DNA of 64,000 nucleotides from Azolla caroliniana (lineage: Eukaryota; Plantae; Polypodiophyta): NCBI GenBank assembly GCA_043228905.1, contig JBHGNT010000014.1, forward strand, positions 10,168,001 through 10,232,000, in the 5' to 3' direction. This document shows, in pieces, positions 62,200 through 64,000 of the stretch (its first letter is position 1; each line of letters starts with the position of its first letter). Below the pieces are notes generated by a model, which saw only the letters and a list, made by a program, of their open reading frames with translations, did not search any database and had not been told where the DNA came from. A program made the translations under genes and the position numbers.

Positions 62200-64000
62200 T
62201 TCACAGTATCTAAGGAACCCTGCATATTGTCATACTGGCCACGGACTACTGCCAACAAGTTCTCTCATATCTCAAACATCACATTTGAGAGATGAACATC
62301 TACCCCATCATAAAGTCGGTTACATCGATATTTCCATAATGCTCATAATGTTATTGTGGTCATAGTTTTCCAAATTTGGACAGATCGCACCTACTTGCGA
62401 GGTTGTTGGAAGGGACTAACTAATATCAATCTTCTATTATGTATTGTCATTGCCTCATGAACATCGTTTGCCTCATACAACATCAAGCCAGAATGTAATA
62501 CTCCCCACATCGTTGATCCCCATGAGAATAGGCAACCTACATTGATTGTTAGGAATAAAGACATGACTTTCTTCCATACTTGTTGAGCAAAAGAACAAGA
62601 CCATAGGACATGCTTGGTAGTCTCCTGAGGTTCATGGCAAAAGCCACATTGCCGCAAATTGGGTGCTACATTCCCTTTCAATGAATGACCAACGAGTAGT
62701 GCCATATGCACTAATAACCATCGAAAGAGAATAAATTTAGTTGGCCCCTTGAATGACCATATCCATTTCCAATAGGTTCTCAAATGCAAAGTGGAAACAC
62801 CCCAATTGGTCCAATGTTTCTGAGCTGCCGATATCATTACATTCTGAGAGAGCAGTAATGATCTTCCAAGTTTTACTAAGTACTGAAAGAAGGGGACCTT
62901 TACGATCTTTTCCCCCAAGGAGTATGACCAAAACCAACCCCCCAGATCCCATGTCAGGATCTTTTGTGTATAGCCACAGGATATCACACATATAAGCAAC
63001 TGATGGATAAGGATCAAGGATCCATTTCTTTCCAGTTTTAGCAACCACTCTAACTGGTGCACTTCGCAAGTCCTGTAAATAACTGCAATCAAAGGTATAA
63101 GATTGCAATCTATTGTTGTCTAGGACCTCAAAATAAGAAATGCACCGATTAGGTGAAACGTCTTTAACAGCCATCAATGTATCATTTGTGAAGCATCCAA
63201 ACCATAGATGTTCCTGGCTAGGTTGGAAGGTTGTAAAAAATGAAGAATATGTTATTGATAAGGTGGTTGTCATTATCTTGGCACCATGAACTAATTGTAG
63301 ATGTGCAAGTCAATCTTCTTGCGGCATTTGTTGAAAATGAGTCCAAGTTCTTACAGATGCAACTGGCCCATTATCCAATTTGCCCCAAGCAAGGTGAGTA
63401 CGCAGGCCCAATACTTTTCCTGCATTATCCCGAAATAGAGAATTGGCAAGCGTAGGCTGATTAAGTAATGCATCCCAAGTAGAAGGTTTGTCCTATAGCA
63501 AAAATGATTTAATCGCATCCCACGCTCTTATGATTCCTAGCAAAAATCTATTGGATGCAAGATTCCTCCTTGGCGTTTTCATGTCATTCAAGAACAACCA
63601 CTTTAGAGAGGGTGACCATGCTCCTCCTGTCTTAGGAGTTAACTGCATTAACTGATTTAAAAACATTCCTTTCCAAGCTTCTAATCCTGGCAACAAACCT
63701 CTGATAACAAACTTCATCAAGAGCGCTCTTGATTGCATCAAAGGATCTATCAAACCCAACCCTCCATTGATTTTAGGTTGAATCAACACATTCCAAGCAA
63801 CTTTGGCTACTATAGGAGAGCCATGTTTTCCCCCCCAAAGGAAATTCCAGATCAAGCTTTGCACTTTTGCTATTGCTGATCTAGAAAATAGCCACATAGA
63901 TGCTATAACCCACATTGATGCCACTAGTATTGTGTTTGCTACTACAACCCGACCCGCAAAAGACAATTGTTGGGCATCCCAATACAGTCATTTACATTTT
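62200..64000 (-). mobile_element. L1/Tx1-like LINE ORF2 C-terminal part (post-RT region and zf-RVT), degenerate
   Basis: SFAGRVVVAN, NFLWGG, KVAW...PK..GGLGL, CGFC...ETTKHVLWSC...QVW. Confidence 0.88.

Overview
Eukaryotic, transposon-saturated DNA with no host gene that I can support. The element lineages suggest a non-seed land plant (inference). The window is a stack of nested LTR retrotransposons. (A) A non-chromoviral Ty3/Gypsy family with a long extra sense ORF after pol and no polypurine tract: a partial copy at 1-4257 and a full copy at 21114-31037 (TSD TTTAG). (W) A tRNA-Trp-primed Gypsy family that makes 4-bp, CG-centred target duplications: one autonomous-type copy (49253-56279), two gag-only derivatives nested in opposite orientation (9029-19206 containing 10818-15915), a broken copy and a 122-bp mini-insert. 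(T) Tf1/Tcn1-like chromoviruses (33965-39310, 46103-48062, solo LTR 14226-14669) whose LTRs carry a tRNA-like A-box/B-box module; one has a self-priming signature instead of a tRNA PBS. There are also many degraded Ty1/Copia pieces, solo LTRs and an L1-like LINE at the right end. The best candidates for undescribed biology are the tRNA-like modules in chromovirus LTRs, the Trp-primed CG-targeting family (with a predicted -1 frameshift pseudoknot between protease and RT) and the conserved extra ORF of family A. All coordinates were read by eye; no alignments or database searches were run.
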